Below are positions 44,481-57,869 of a stretch of DNA of 64,000 nucleotides, piece by piece. Location of the stretch: assembly GCA_951406725.2 (NCBI GenBank), contig OX597819.1, positions 18,166,001-18,230,000 of the forward strand, written 5' to 3'. This stretch comes from Octopus vulgaris (Eukaryota). The notes below the pieces were generated by a model. It saw nothing but the letters and a program-made list of their open reading frames with translations. It made no database searches and was not told the DNA's origin. A program made the translations under genes and the position numbers. Every line of letters begins with the position of its first letter. The first letter of the stretch is position 1.

Positions 44481-44859
44481 GTAAGGGATTTATAATTTTA
44501 GAGAATGTGTTAGGTCATCAATGCTTAAATTTCTGGATTCCAATCTTGCTTAAAATATCGTCGTATTTCCTCTTTCCCTGTTCGATGATCAGCGATATAA
44601 ATAGGTCGTTTTCATCCGTAATTTTCTTCATGTTATAATCAGAGATAATCCCCCTACCTGTTTCTCGTGGAAAACATTTGACCACAGGTTCCTCCTAGGG
44701 AGACTACCTGCAGTTAAAGGCCATCCGTGAGTGCCCGCATGAGGACATTTAAAAATGTGTGTGAGCGTAGACATATTTAGCAGGCACAACTACGTACGTT
44801 ATGATCTGAAATTGTAAGTAGTCAGTGTGATCGGTTGGGGGAAATGTATGTTTAGATAT

Positions 44860-45170
44860 GTGGAGGTGCAATGGCCCAGTGGTTAGGGTAGTGCACTCGC
44901 GGTTGTAGGATCGCGGTTTTGATTCCCAGACCGGGTGCTGCGAGTGTTTATTGAGCGAAAACACCTAAAGCTCCACGAGGCTCCTGCAGGAGGTGGTGGC
45001 GATCCCTGCTGTACTCTTTCGCCACAACTTCCTCTCACCGTTTCTTCTGTTGGCCTGCTCGCTTAGCCAGCGGGGTGGCGTCACTTGAAGGCTAAAACAA
45101 TGCAAAGCGCATTGTGACCAGCGATGTGTAGCAACATCTGATAGCCTGGTCGGTCACGGTGACCACGGTG
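44860..45170 (+). mobile_element. tRNA-Arg-headed SINE (OR1/OR2-type), tail variant 1, 12-bp TSD
   Basis: Box A tggcccagtggtt and TCG anticodon-like loop. TSD atgtttagatat at 44848-44859 and 45171-45182. Confidence 0.9.
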
Positions 45171-45969
45171 ATGTTTAGATATAACAAAGACAAGATGGAA
45201 TAACCACATTTAGAATTATTGTAACGCAGACTCGATCATACTTGAGACAAACTGATATTAAGAGTCTCATCATTCCTGCTAGACACTTAAAGGTTTGCTC
45301 GCCATCTACACACAGATAAACCACACTCAAGGCACTGAAGGAAATAAACATGTATCACAAAATGAGCGCCTCAGAGAGTTGCTATGCCAGCATCTTCAAA
45401 TTTTTCCGCAAATTTCTACAGGTGGCTAGTTAACGCTGAAGATCTCTGTGTCTAATTACAATGACAGTTCACTGTGACAAGATAATTAGTAATGTTAATC
45501 TCCTGGCAATTTACTAATTAATTCTTCTATTATTTCTCCGACAAGTACTTCATAATATGACTGAAACATGCCTGGACTTGTTTCCTGTACTTGTTGAAAT
45601 AAAAAGATAATTAATAATGATTGATAATGTGTTTTCTTCATTAACTTCGCTACCTTTTATGCTGATTCCGTCGTTGAATAATTAATTGTTAAAAGAAATT
45701 TGTTTTTCCACATCTTCATGTTTATACATTCATACCATGCATATATCACACACACACACATACACACACACATACACACACACACACACACTCACACATG
45801 TATTCCTTTATATGTGTATCTAGATATATATATATATAATATACATACATATATACGAGGATATATATATATATATATATCATATTTATATATATTCATA
45901 TACATATATATCATATTTATATATATACATGCATACATATGTGTATACCTAGTATTAATCAAAATATGA

Positions 45970-46490
45970 GGAAACCAAAAAATAGGCCTAGAAAAATCAT
46001 TTGGTTCGCCCTCCCTTTTCCCTTGATATAAATCTAACATATGTAATAGATTCCTGTCAATCCTAGACAAACACTTTTCAGCTACTCACACATACAGAAA
46101 ATTACCATAAAGCTGCTGTCCAAGTATGACGAGTGTCATTGCACGTGGTCATCACCCAGAACCTGAATCCAGCTGCACCTGTCGCTACCCAGGATCCTGT
46201 CCACTTGACCAACGATATGAGACTGAATCCGTCATATAATGAAGCAGAAGTTACTGCAACCCTAAATGATAATACAACTGATAAGAAGACCTACGTTTGA
46301 TTATGTGAAGGAGTATTTAAAAATCGTTATGCCAATCACATAGACTCCTTCCGACAGAGACAAAAGTGAAGCTATTAAGTTGGCTAACTACGTATGGACT
46401 TTGAAGGATAACGAAACACCGCATGTGATTAAATGGAAAATAATTGAGAAATCCATACCTTATGGGAATGGATTGAATAAATGTAGACAG
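45970..46490 (+). mobile_element. Penelope-like element fragment (RT C-terminal linker plus GIY-YIG endonuclease), decayed
   Basis: RPRKIIWF.PPF, FLSILDKHF, CTCRYPGSCPL, VIY...KTYV*LCEGVFKNRYANH, LANYVWTLK, IKWKII. Confidence 0.85.
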
Positions 46491-46644
46491 ATACTTACAG
46501 ATATATGCAAACGCTTAATCATTTAATTTAATCATTTAATTAACAAAATTAGGTCACACCATAGACACACATACAGACATACACGAATCACAAACACACA
46601 CTCAAACACGAGAAAGCACACCCATACGTAAACTCGCCCATATC

Positions 46645-46722
<78 letters not shown>

Positions 46723-47039
46723 AATTCATACATACGTATATGCACAATCACACAAAGGCAGAAGTCTAGTTCTCAGTCAGAATGGAGGCAACATTTGAAG
46801 AGTGAAAGTACGTGAATGATGAGGTTCCGAATAGCGACGAAATGACCCTCAAAGACAAAACTGACAACCAATTTTCAATTAACTCGATAAAGAAACCATT
46901 GAATACTTGATTAGCAAAATAAGCAGCGGCATAGAAGAAGGACTTGTGCTTATTTGAAATTTTATTGGCAGAATGCCTGTCCATAGATATAATAAGATAA
47001 TGTATCCTTATATGTAAGCAATTGTATATACTTGAAAAT

Positions 47040-47424
47040 GGGGAGGCGCAATGGTCCAGTGGTTAGGGCAGCGGACTCGTGGTCATAGGATCGCGGTTTC
47101 GATTCCCAGACCAGGCGTTGTGAGTGTTTATTGAGCGAAATCACCTAAAGTTCGACGAGGCTCCGGCAGGGGATGGTGGTGATCCCTGCTGTACTCTTTC
47201 ACCACAACTTTCTTTCACTCTCTTTCCTGTTTCTGTTGTACCTGTATTTGAAAGGGCCGGCCTTGTCACTCTCTATGTCACGCTGAATATCCCCGAGAAC
47301 TACGTTAAGGGTACACGTGTTTGTGGAGTGCTCAGCCACTTACACGTTAATTTCACGAGCAGGCTGTTCCGTTGATTCGGATCAACCGGAACCCTCGTCG
47401 TCGTAACCGACGGATTGCTTCCAG
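47040..47424 (+). mobile_element. tRNA-Arg-headed SINE (OR1/OR2-type), tail variant 2
   Basis: First ~180 bp match the 44860 copy; the 3' tail is unrelated. Imperfect 13-bp TSD tatacttgaaaat / tgtacttggaaat. Confidence 0.9.
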
Positions 47425-47902
47425 TGTACTTGGAAATATATTTGGAAAGGAAGCGAAATATTAATACGTATTTAGAAAATGCAGCATACTTCTGTTATAA
47501 AAATTCCATGTTGCAGCAAAAACCAATATTCTTGCTGAAAACGGTAATAATGGAATATAATTTCTGAAAATAAAAGCAAAAATGCAAAAAACAAAGCAAA
47601 ACAAAGAAAAACAACACATGAGTTTCTCGTATTTATTATATATAAACCTATTAATTCATTTTTAAACTAACGTTGTTTTGAACCCCTCATATCCACAAAT
47701 ACTTAACACGTGCGATAAGTACACAGATTCTTTGTTTCCTCCTGTCATATCTTCACACAAGACACCATTATCAATATTGAATAACTAACGAATATGTTGA
47801 TATTTTCGTGCGTGTATATCTGTCTATCTATCTATCTATCTATCTATCTATCAATCTCTATTTGTTTATCTATCTATTTACCACTTTCTGTCTGTCTGAC
47901 TG

Positions 47903-47970
<68 letters not shown>

Positions 47971-48050
47971 TGTATTTATGTATATATGTTTCTATGTATA
48001 TCCATATGTATATGTGTGAATACAGACACACACACACACACTCAGATATA

Positions 48051-48092
<42 letters not shown>

Positions 48093-48136
48093 GTATATAC
48101 ACACATATAAAAATATATGCATACATACTCTATCAC

Positions 48137-48218
<82 letters not shown>

Positions 48219-49294
48219 GTGTGGGTGTGCTTAAATACATAAGTATTTACCTGTACGAACATATTTATATATAGATACAGAGAGAAAGTGAAACACACGC
48301 ATGGAAATATATCTGTTATATGCTGTAAGTGCGCATGTGTTTTTAGATTATTTATATTGGCCAATAAATTGAACATAAATATTTATATGTTTTCGACGAA
48401 AAACTTATTTCCTTTTCGGTAGATGTCCCCATGTTCAATGTGCTGTACCACCGTTGTACACTTGTTAGCTCTCATCTAATGTAGTATTCCAAATACATCT
48501 AGCATACATAATGAAATCTATGTGACTAAGTTTACATTTTACATATTTATACATCTGTTTATCATCGATTCCTCAAAAGACGAATGTATGAAAAAATAAA
48601 AATATATTCTTATACAATTGGGATATCATTAGAAAGATGTGCCGTTGCTAGTTTAATGTTATTGTGCGCGGAAAAAGAATTTACATGTTCGTCAAATATG
48701 TTTTTAATTTGTATATATTATTAGTGTTACTTTGTTAGTTGTTTGACGGTTCCTTATACAATTTTTTTTTGCATATATTTTAGTTGAAGTTCTATCGCCT
48801 CTTGTGTTTCTCTCTTCTATGTTATGCCATTTTCAATGGAAGATCTTTACCTTTCACGTCACATAAATATTCATGCACACACGAAAGCAAACACATACAT
48901 ATAAATCTTATTCTCACAATCTCTCTCTCACACACACATACACACACTGACACACACTTGTAAATGTATGTATATATGTAGTTATGCATATGAATATTTT
49001 GATTCCATGGCAATTTTTTTTTATAGTTCCATAGTCTAAGTTATATTGTGTTGAATTTTTGCAGATATTTTAAAGGAATATATAATTGTGCTCAATTGTT
49101 TGAATCGTATTGTGTTTGTAATAAAAAGTATATATGTGTGTGTTTTTGTGCATGTGTGCATTTTTGCAAATGCATATGTGTGTATATACATGTATAAATG
49201 CATACATACATACATACATACATTCATATATATATATGTGTGTGTATGTATATATAAATTTACATATACATACATGTATGTGTGTGTGTGTATA

Positions 49295-49396
<102 letters not shown>

Positions 49397-49564
49397 TATT
49401 TATATATTATATTATACATTACATGCATGATTATATAAATATATGTGTATATATAAATACACACACACATATATGTATATATATATATATATACTTTGAG
49501 AGAGTAAAAGAATGGATAAAGAGAGAGAAGAGAGAGAGAGAGAGAGAGTGAGAGAGAGAGAGAG

Positions 49565-49824
49565 AGCGCAACTTGCTCCCATGTGTTTATTCCCTCCCTG
49601 CCTGACGTTATCGTGGTCTTTTCCGTAGGCTTTTCTTTCCACGGATAAACCTAATCTTAAGTTTTACATTTTAAAAATTCTTCTGTTATATACGATCCTT
49701 TTTGATGTTTTTTATTCTCGATCCCTTTTGATCAGAATTTTACTTTTTTTCATTTTCGAAAATAAGAGCTTCACATTTTTATTTGTATTTGCCCCCTCTG
49801 TGTTCATCCCTGTGTGACCTAGTA

Positions 49825-49825
<1 letters not shown>
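49565..49825 (+). mobile_element. 3'-UTR fragment of Tx1-like LINE followed by (ATCT)n
   Basis: cgtggtctttt(t)ccgtaggcttttt...ggataaacctaatc is shared with 51002-51051. Confidence 0.8.
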
Positions 49826-49918
<93 letters not shown>

Positions 49919-49919
49919 A

Positions 49920-49959
<40 letters not shown>

Positions 49960-49960
49960 A

Positions 49961-51266
49961 TCTGTCTATTCTCTTCCGCTTCTTGTGGAAAGGATGCGTT
50001 CCGATGGTCACGCGGTCCGTTTGCTGCAAATACCCGTTAAAAGGAGGGCTGGACATGCCGTGGTTGATGATGCGCAGGCACGCGCTGAGACTGCGATATC
50101 TCTGACTCAACATAGACGACAGTGAACAGGTATGGTCACCGTTTGTAAGGCGCGCTTTCTCGCAGCTGGTCTCCATGACCGAACTGCAATCGTGGATCAA
50201 AAAGAGGTTGAGGAAGGGAGAATAGCACTGCGAGTGTCGTGTTGCTCTCCAGCAACTATAGCGTCCCATGTTGACCTTCAGCGTCTTCAACACAACCACA
50301 GGATTCTATAGGGGATTAGTGCATGGGAGGTTTGACGACGATCTCGAGGCGAACCTAGGCGTCGAGGAGGAATACCTGAGCCGCCTGTTAAAAACGACTT
50401 TCGGCCCGGGACATATGGACAACTTCCAGAGATCCCTGGCCTTGTACTGTTACCGAGGAGCGCTACCCGTTCGGGATGGGCTCTACAGGCTTGTCTCGAG
50501 AAACACGGGGCCGACCTGTCCGAGATGCGGTCAGAATGACGAAACCTTTCTACATGCACTTGTATAGTTTCCAACCATTTCCAGCATGTGGGCCTATGTC
50601 GAACGACTGCTATCGCGTGTGGGACGTGTCGGTTTATCAACCGAGTCTAACGTGAATATTGTCGCGCCTCCTTCATTGAAACGGGAAGGAAGAGCCATTT
50701 TCATCGTACTTGTCGCTATGGCAAAAGAATGTGTATGGTGGACGCGTCTGAAAGGTCTAGAAAAAAAAAAACACTTTCCTCTCTGGTGAAGCTCCCATCA
50801 ACTTGATCACGTATCACTTGAAGAGGAAGGTGAGAGTAGAGAGGGAAGTTTTGTCTAGTGAATGTTTAAAAAAAAGATGGGTGAATGTAGCAAGGATAGC
50901 ACGTGTGAATGCCAGCTTGAGCAGAATCCTATGAACCCCAAAAAGAAAGGAAAAAAGACAGTCACTGTAATTTGTTTTTTTGCATGATATTATTCCCCAA
51001 AGTTACCGTGGTCTTTTCCGTAGGCTTTTTTTTCCATGGATAAACCTAATCTGTTTTCCCTTTTTACGTTATAACATTTCTGTGATACACGATCCCTATT
51101 GATCAGCCCCCTTTTTTTCTACATGATCCCTTTTAATCGAAAAGCTACCCCACCCTTTTGTTCCCCCCCATAAAGAAAAGCTCTACTTTATATTTTATCC
51201 GCTCAGTGTTCACCCCGTGTGGCTAATAAAGAAACATGTCCAGCCCTATGTGGCCAATAAAGAAAG
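49961..51266 (+). mobile_element. 5'-truncated L1/Tx1-clade LINE (ORF2 C-terminus plus 3' UTR) in (ATCT)n
   Basis: GGLDMP, RGALPVRD and CPRC...ETFLHAL (zf-RVT-like). Duplicated terminal tgtggc.aataaagaaa. (ATCT)n on both sides. Confidence 0.9.
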
Positions 51267-51281
51267 TTATCTATCTATCTG

Positions 51282-51334
<53 letters not shown>

Positions 51335-51335
51335 A

Positions 51336-51435
<100 letters not shown>

Positions 51436-52532
51436 AATCTATATTTGTGTGTACATATATATATGTATGCCTCTACGTGTTTACGTGTCTGTGCATGTGT
51501 ATCTGTGACAAAATTAAGGGTATTTCATTCGACAGAAAATATGCAAGCATTAGGAAAGAAATACTAAAACAGTAAGATAACGAGGGCCAACTTATAGCAT
51601 GATATCTATATCTCAATCGGTATTCAGCTAATATAACACCAATTCATTTAAAGTGGGGGATGAATGCTGTTCTTCTTTATATTATTGTCTCCGAATGTAT
51701 TTATTTTTAGAAAAAAAGTGTTGCAACATATCCCTATATAAAACAGGTGAGAAATTAACCAAATACATAATCTAAAAACAAAGTATATGGTTTGGTAACA
51801 TACGCACCCTGCATTATAATGATATGTTCATAAATATTCCGACAGCGTGATATAGACAAAAACCTAACTATAAACATTGGATTTCTGCATATACACATCA
51901 TATACGTAATGCAGCGAGGCACAGCACATATTGTGGAGAGTAGAGTGCAGATAATAGAAAACAAAAAACACACAAAAAGAAACAAAAAACTTATACAAAC
52001 AAACAGACAAAACAAAAAGGGATGAATATTTCGCGTACGTAAGGCGCAGGGAATACCGTTAGGTTTGCAGTAAAAGTACGCAATCTAAATAAGACTGCAG
52101 AAACAATCATATTAATGGCCAAAATGCTAACGAAAGCATTAGCACCAAAAGCAAAAATAAATATATTAGATTTCTGAAATATCGAATTGTTTATTTCACT
52201 GTTTTTCCTTTTTTTTTTTGTCTTGATATTTTATATTTTGTTTGTAAAGTTCCAGCAATATCTGTATTGACTGCACACTTTGATAAAATAATATTCATGT
52301 TTGATTAAGATTGACAAACAAATCATCAAACAATTGTATTGAAGTCTGTCATAATTCCATCATTGATGTAGTGTCGGCTGCAATTCTTTGATAAAACTCT
52401 ATCTCAATGTCGAAACTCCACAGCTTTAACTCGGCGTCGAGTTGGAATAAAAACAACAAAAATAACAATTACCATTTAAATACATTATTCATTCTTTTGT
52501 TTCGCATCTTCTTTTATGTATTTTAAGGACAT

Positions 52533-52617
52533 TTTTAAGCTTTCAAAATGTCAATATATATATACATACATATACACACATATATATACGTACATACACA
52601 CGCACACACACATATAT

Positions 52618-52686
<69 letters not shown>

Positions 52687-52796
52687 TATATATATATATA
52701 TACATATATATTATATACATATTTATATTATATACATCTGTATAAAATATTTCAATATGAGTGTCTCTATGCACACATACACATATACATACATGC

Positions 52797-52842
<46 letters not shown>

Positions 52843-52885
52843 ATATATGTATGTCTGTATGTATGCATGCACATATATATGTCTG

Positions 52886-52916
<31 letters not shown>

Positions 52917-52963
52917 GTGTGTGTGTGTGTCTACATAAATATTGACATTTTGAGAGATTAAAA
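52533..52963. repeat. Fold-back segment: 25-bp inverted repeats enclosing CA/TA/TG microsatellite
   Basis: ttttaagctttcaaaatgtcaatat vs atattgacattttgagagattaaaa (23/25 complementary). Confidence 0.75.
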
Positions 52964-53740
52964 AGGAGATAATATACATTAAACACACATAGCAAAACAA
53001 TATGTGTAGGATGTATGTGAAAACATGTGTTGGTGTGTGTTGGTAACTGTATGAATGCGTCTTCCTTTCACCGTGAATAAGAGTGTTACTATGTGTGCCT
53101 GTGTGTTTACTCCCGACTAATTAGCTTCGTGTGTCTAATTTCCAATAATTTTAATTATTGAAATATTTCCTTGTGATTTGGCGAAAGTTTGAATTTAAAT
53201 ATAGCACACACTAAATGCTAGGGATTTACACATACATGTATAAAATTACACGCACACATCAATATACATACACCAATTATTGATACGCATACACTTATTA
53301 CACCTACACATAGGAAATACAAACACACAAATACACACATCAAATGTATTTGCGCAAACATGTAGCCGCCATTTCGTCACCTAATTTAAACGTTATGGAT
53401 TTAATATTTAGAAAATAAATATTTAATTATTTGCGTGAACAGCTAATTTCATGTGGTCTTTATAAATATAATTGCCATGCCACCGAAGGTACATTCTTTG
53501 TGTTAGTTTATTCCAATATTTTCTGGATTAGCAGATTCTAAACAACAGAAATCGGGCTTTTGATATTTAGATTTTTGCAGACGTTTACGCGTCACGTTCG
53601 AATGTAGCCGATGTTATCTTTGTATTTCAGCTTTGTGTGGCGTATAGTTGTATCAGTTGCATGTTCTTTACTTAACCTCAGGACACAGGCATTCCAGCCA
53701 TGACCCCACCATGTCATATGTAGGCGATAAATATATAATA

Positions 53741-53947
53741 AGGCGGCGAGCTGGCAGAAAAGTTAGCACGCGGGGCGAAATACTACGTTCTGACTTCAAA
53801 TTACGCCGATGTCAACTTTGCCTTGCATCCTCGCGGGGTCGATTAAATAAGTACCAGTTATGCACTGGGGTCTTTGTAATTGACTTAATCCCTTTGCTTG
53901 ATCTTGTTTGTCCCTTCTATGTTTAACCTCTTGTGCGCAATAAATAC
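53741..53947 (+). mobile_element. Family B SINE (near complete)
   Basis: aggcggcgagctggcagaa head, box-B-like ttcaaatt, ggggtcgat core and tail ending caataaata. Confidence 0.85.
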
Positions 53948-55029
53948 ATAAACATATATATATACAATAAAACTGTATATTATCTAATCTATAGTATCGT
54001 AGTTCAAATTCCGCCAAAATCAGATATTTTTTCATCGTTTTGGGTTCTATAAAAGAACTGCCATTTGAACACTGGGGTCGATGTAATCGACTTACACATC
54101 CCTTTGTGTCAACATTTGAAATCAGTATGTCGCATAGTATTTAATTCTCTGCATCAGTACACGGGCCGGGTCGACCGCTCTTCAAAATACGGAATAAAAT
54201 CACGCTTCCTTATATGCAGTGTTCACATTCTAACATGACACGTTCTTCTCTTGTGTTCATAATAGACTCACCAGGACTTTCAAATACTTCCATAAATCTA
54301 AATGCAGTAAAACAACTATTTATAGCTATTCAATATATTATTCACACATATATGTAGCTCAGATATAGTATAAGCTTACTAAATTTAATTTAATTTAATT
54401 TAATTGACCTTATTCTATTTTTAATTTCTTCATTATTCTCTCTTAGTTCCTAGCTCAACCCTTCACCTCTCTTGTAATACATATTAAAAATAAATACTAG
54501 TTAAACTAAAATCTATAAACTTACTTCCACAGATTTCTTTACTTAGCCTGGTCATTTACTATACTTTGTTTTATCATTAATTACTCTATCTACTTCAATC
54601 AATATTTACATTATTCATTTCCTATTTATTTGTTATAGTTTGCATGAAATCAAATCTACTGATAACGTTAGAAGCAATTTGACCCATATCAAAATGCAAT
54701 TCCAATCATATTCTAAAAAATTCTAATACTTTTATACTTTTATAGCTAAAACCATTATAAACACATTCAAAAATTTAAACATGAAATATAGTTAATAGAC
54801 TCGAGAATCCTCCAGAAGTCCCTGAAAATGAAGTTTAAGCACGCCCAACGTTCAGTTACCGAAACAGGTAACAGTTAGAAAATAAAATTTATTCACTTCT
54901 ATCTGAAATGCAATGCAATATGATTGTAGTGTTTCATGTTCTGGCTTTTGTAGTCTCTGGAAATTCTTCAGTATCAGGATGATATGGCTGCATCATATAT
55001 ACTTATATAAACATATCCTATGGGTATAT

Positions 55030-55071
<42 letters not shown>

Positions 55072-55073
<2 letters not shown>

Positions 55074-55364
55074 TCTTTTATACTTTTCTTTTACTTGTTT
55101 CAGTCATTTGACTGCGGCCATGCTGGAGCACCGCCTTTAGTCGAGCAAATCGACCCCGGGACTTATTCTTTGTAAGCCCAGTACTTATTCGATCGGCCTC
55201 TTTTGCCGAACCGCTAAGTGACGGGGACGTAAACACACCACCATCGGTTGTCAAGCAATGCTAGGGGGACAAACACACACACACGCATATAAATATATAC
55301 ATATATATGACAGGCTTCTTTCAGTTTCCGTTCACCAAATCCACTCACAAGGCATTGGTCGGCC
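55072..55364 (-). mobile_element. Family A SINE, 5'-truncated
   Basis: Reverse complement of 7590-7906. Confidence 0.9.
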
Positions 55365-55421
55365 ATTTGTGTGTGTGTGTGTATGTGTGTGTGTATAAAT
55401 AAATAAATATATGTATACTCG

Positions 55422-55631
55422 TATTAATAGTTATCACCAAGCTAACATGGCAGTCCAGAAAATAGGACGAATGCTGCCATTGATTAGCTCCAAGAGGCCA
55501 CCTTCTCTAGCTAGCTACGTGCCACACAAACCTGTGTCCATTATAACCTCCGAAAAGGGTAGGTCTGCTGCATCCCTTTGATGATTTGGCATCTACTGGC
55601 TACCATGTTAGCTTGGCGATAACTATTAATA
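55422..55631. mobile_element. 210-bp MITE with ~30-bp TIRs
   Basis: tattaatagttatcaccaagctaacatggcag ... ctaccatgttagcttggcgataactattaata; no coding capacity. Confidence 0.85.
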
Positions 55632-55691
55632 TCCAGTACGCTGGCGTAGTCTCCTTTAGAGAGACTTAGAAATATTAATATTTCTATACAC

Positions 55692-55726
<35 letters not shown>

Positions 55727-55745
55727 CACACAAACACAAACATAC

Positions 55746-55779
<34 letters not shown>

Positions 55780-56519
55780 GTGTATGTATGTATGTATGTG
55801 TATATATATATATATATATATGCATAATATGTATGTGTATGTGAGTGACTATATGTAAACCTGTATACACCACAAATTGATATATATATATATATATACA
55901 GAGACATACAGATGTATATTCATACGTAGATACACATACGTATTTATATCACAAGAAACGGATAAACACAAACCAGATTTACGCCCTTTGTTTCGGGAAT
56001 ATCATACGCTACATGCCAACTTATTCATTAATCCGTACATGCTATCAAATACAGAAATCTTTGAAATAAGCTGATATCAAAGAAACCAGATCCAGGTTTG
56101 TTATGTATTGCTTTTTTTCCTATACTACACACAAAATAAAACATTTTAGCTGCAAAACTCAAAATTTTACACACAGAATTTATTTTCAATTCAAAAGACT
56201 CGAATCCACCTGTGACTCCATTTTTCGTTGCTCCTTTTCAACCTTTTCACTTCTGTCATATAAGTTTCTACATGTTGTTTAACCCAAAGCCACCGGGAGG
56301 ATACGAATTCCAGTATATTTTCAGTTCAGATTTAATACGAAAACATTTATTCATCGAAAATTTTATCTCTGTATTGTTATTTCCCATGCATAGAATAAAA
56401 CTACTTTCCACATACATTAAAAAGTAAAACTTGTAATTATGCAAAATATATTTATATGAATATAAAGAAGAAATTTTGACGCATTTACAACCTGTTCCCA
56501 ATATTTTCTCTCATGCTTA

Positions 56520-56550
<31 letters not shown>

Positions 56551-56751
56551 TACACACATACACACACACATACACGCACGCACACATACATATATGTGTG
56601 CATATGAACATAAATATGTACACAATTTTGAAGGGTAGTGTTTTGAACGTGTCTTAATCAAACTGGCTTTCGTTTATCATAACATGTATGTATGACAGTT
56701 TCCATATAAACTTGGTAAATGAATCACCAAAATGCTCAACGTATACATATG

Positions 56752-56802
<51 letters not shown>

Positions 56803-57314
56803 GTTTGTGTGTATATGTGCAGTATTCGCAATGAGTTTCATCTGCTACGATCTATGTGTTTGCTGTCACGCACCAGGTGCCAACATGAGGGATGTCTCAC
56901 CTCTCTCATCGCAATTTTTGGCATTCAAACAAGGCATCCACGTTTAGTTGGGTATAACGATTACCTTTTCGTATTTGCACTGCTTCCGTCGCTAACAATT
57001 AAATCTTAACAAATCTTCTGGCTATTTGCGTCATCAGAGACTGCATTAATCCTGAAAATGTATATATCATGGTAACACTAGCATTCTGTCACCCGGTTCT
57101 TGTCTCTGATGACTCCCAATAGATTGAAATCACGTGATATGAGATTTCCAGCGCCATTCACACTCTAATGACGCAACATTCGGTGTTATAAGAATACTTA
57201 ATTGGATTTAAAAGTTACTATATACATGCATAGATACACACATGCATATACTGTATATATGTATTTATATATATACATTTATATATACACACACACACAC
57301 ACATATATATAGAC

Positions 57315-57363
<49 letters not shown>

Positions 57364-57371
57364 TAGATAGC

Positions 57372-57427
<56 letters not shown>

Positions 57428-57679
57428 AGATAGAGTGACACTGCAACTCGTTTGTACAGCTGAGTGAAGTGGAACAACGTGAAATAAAGTGTCTTTATGA
57501 AGAACGTAACACAGCGCGGTCCGTGAATCGAAATCAGTACCTCATAACCATGGTAATGAATATATATATATATATATATAAATTAAATATAAATTCCCTT
57601 TCGGCTTGTGTACACAACGACTTCAACAAATGTAATATTTTCCTTGTTCCTTAAAATATTGGCATTTATATTCTATACC

Positions 57680-57862
57680 CAGTATTTCGTCTGTCGTTAT
57701 GTTCTGAGTTCAAATTCCTCCGAGATCGACTTTGCCTTCCAGCCTCTCGTGGTCGATAAATAAAGTACCAGTTTTGCACCGGGTGGATCCAATCGACTTT
57801 ATCCCTTTGTCTGTCCTTGTTTGTCCCCTCTATGTTTAGCCCCCTGTGGGTAGTAAAGAAAT
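57680..57862 (+). mobile_element. Family B SINE
   Basis: gttctgagttcaaattcc box B, gtcgataaataaagtaccag core and tail cccctgtgggtagtaaagaaata. Confidence 0.85.
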
Positions 57863-57869
57863 ATATATT

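Noticed and set aside
44862-44935. tRNA-Arg(TCG)-like sequences here and at 47041
   Set aside because: They are SINE heads continuing into SINE bodies with TSDs, not tRNA genes.
46298-46300. In-frame TGA in the Penelope-like nuclease as possible selenocysteine
   Set aside because: It replaces the Gly of the YIG motif (GGA>TGA), not a Cys, and the fragment has other disablements.
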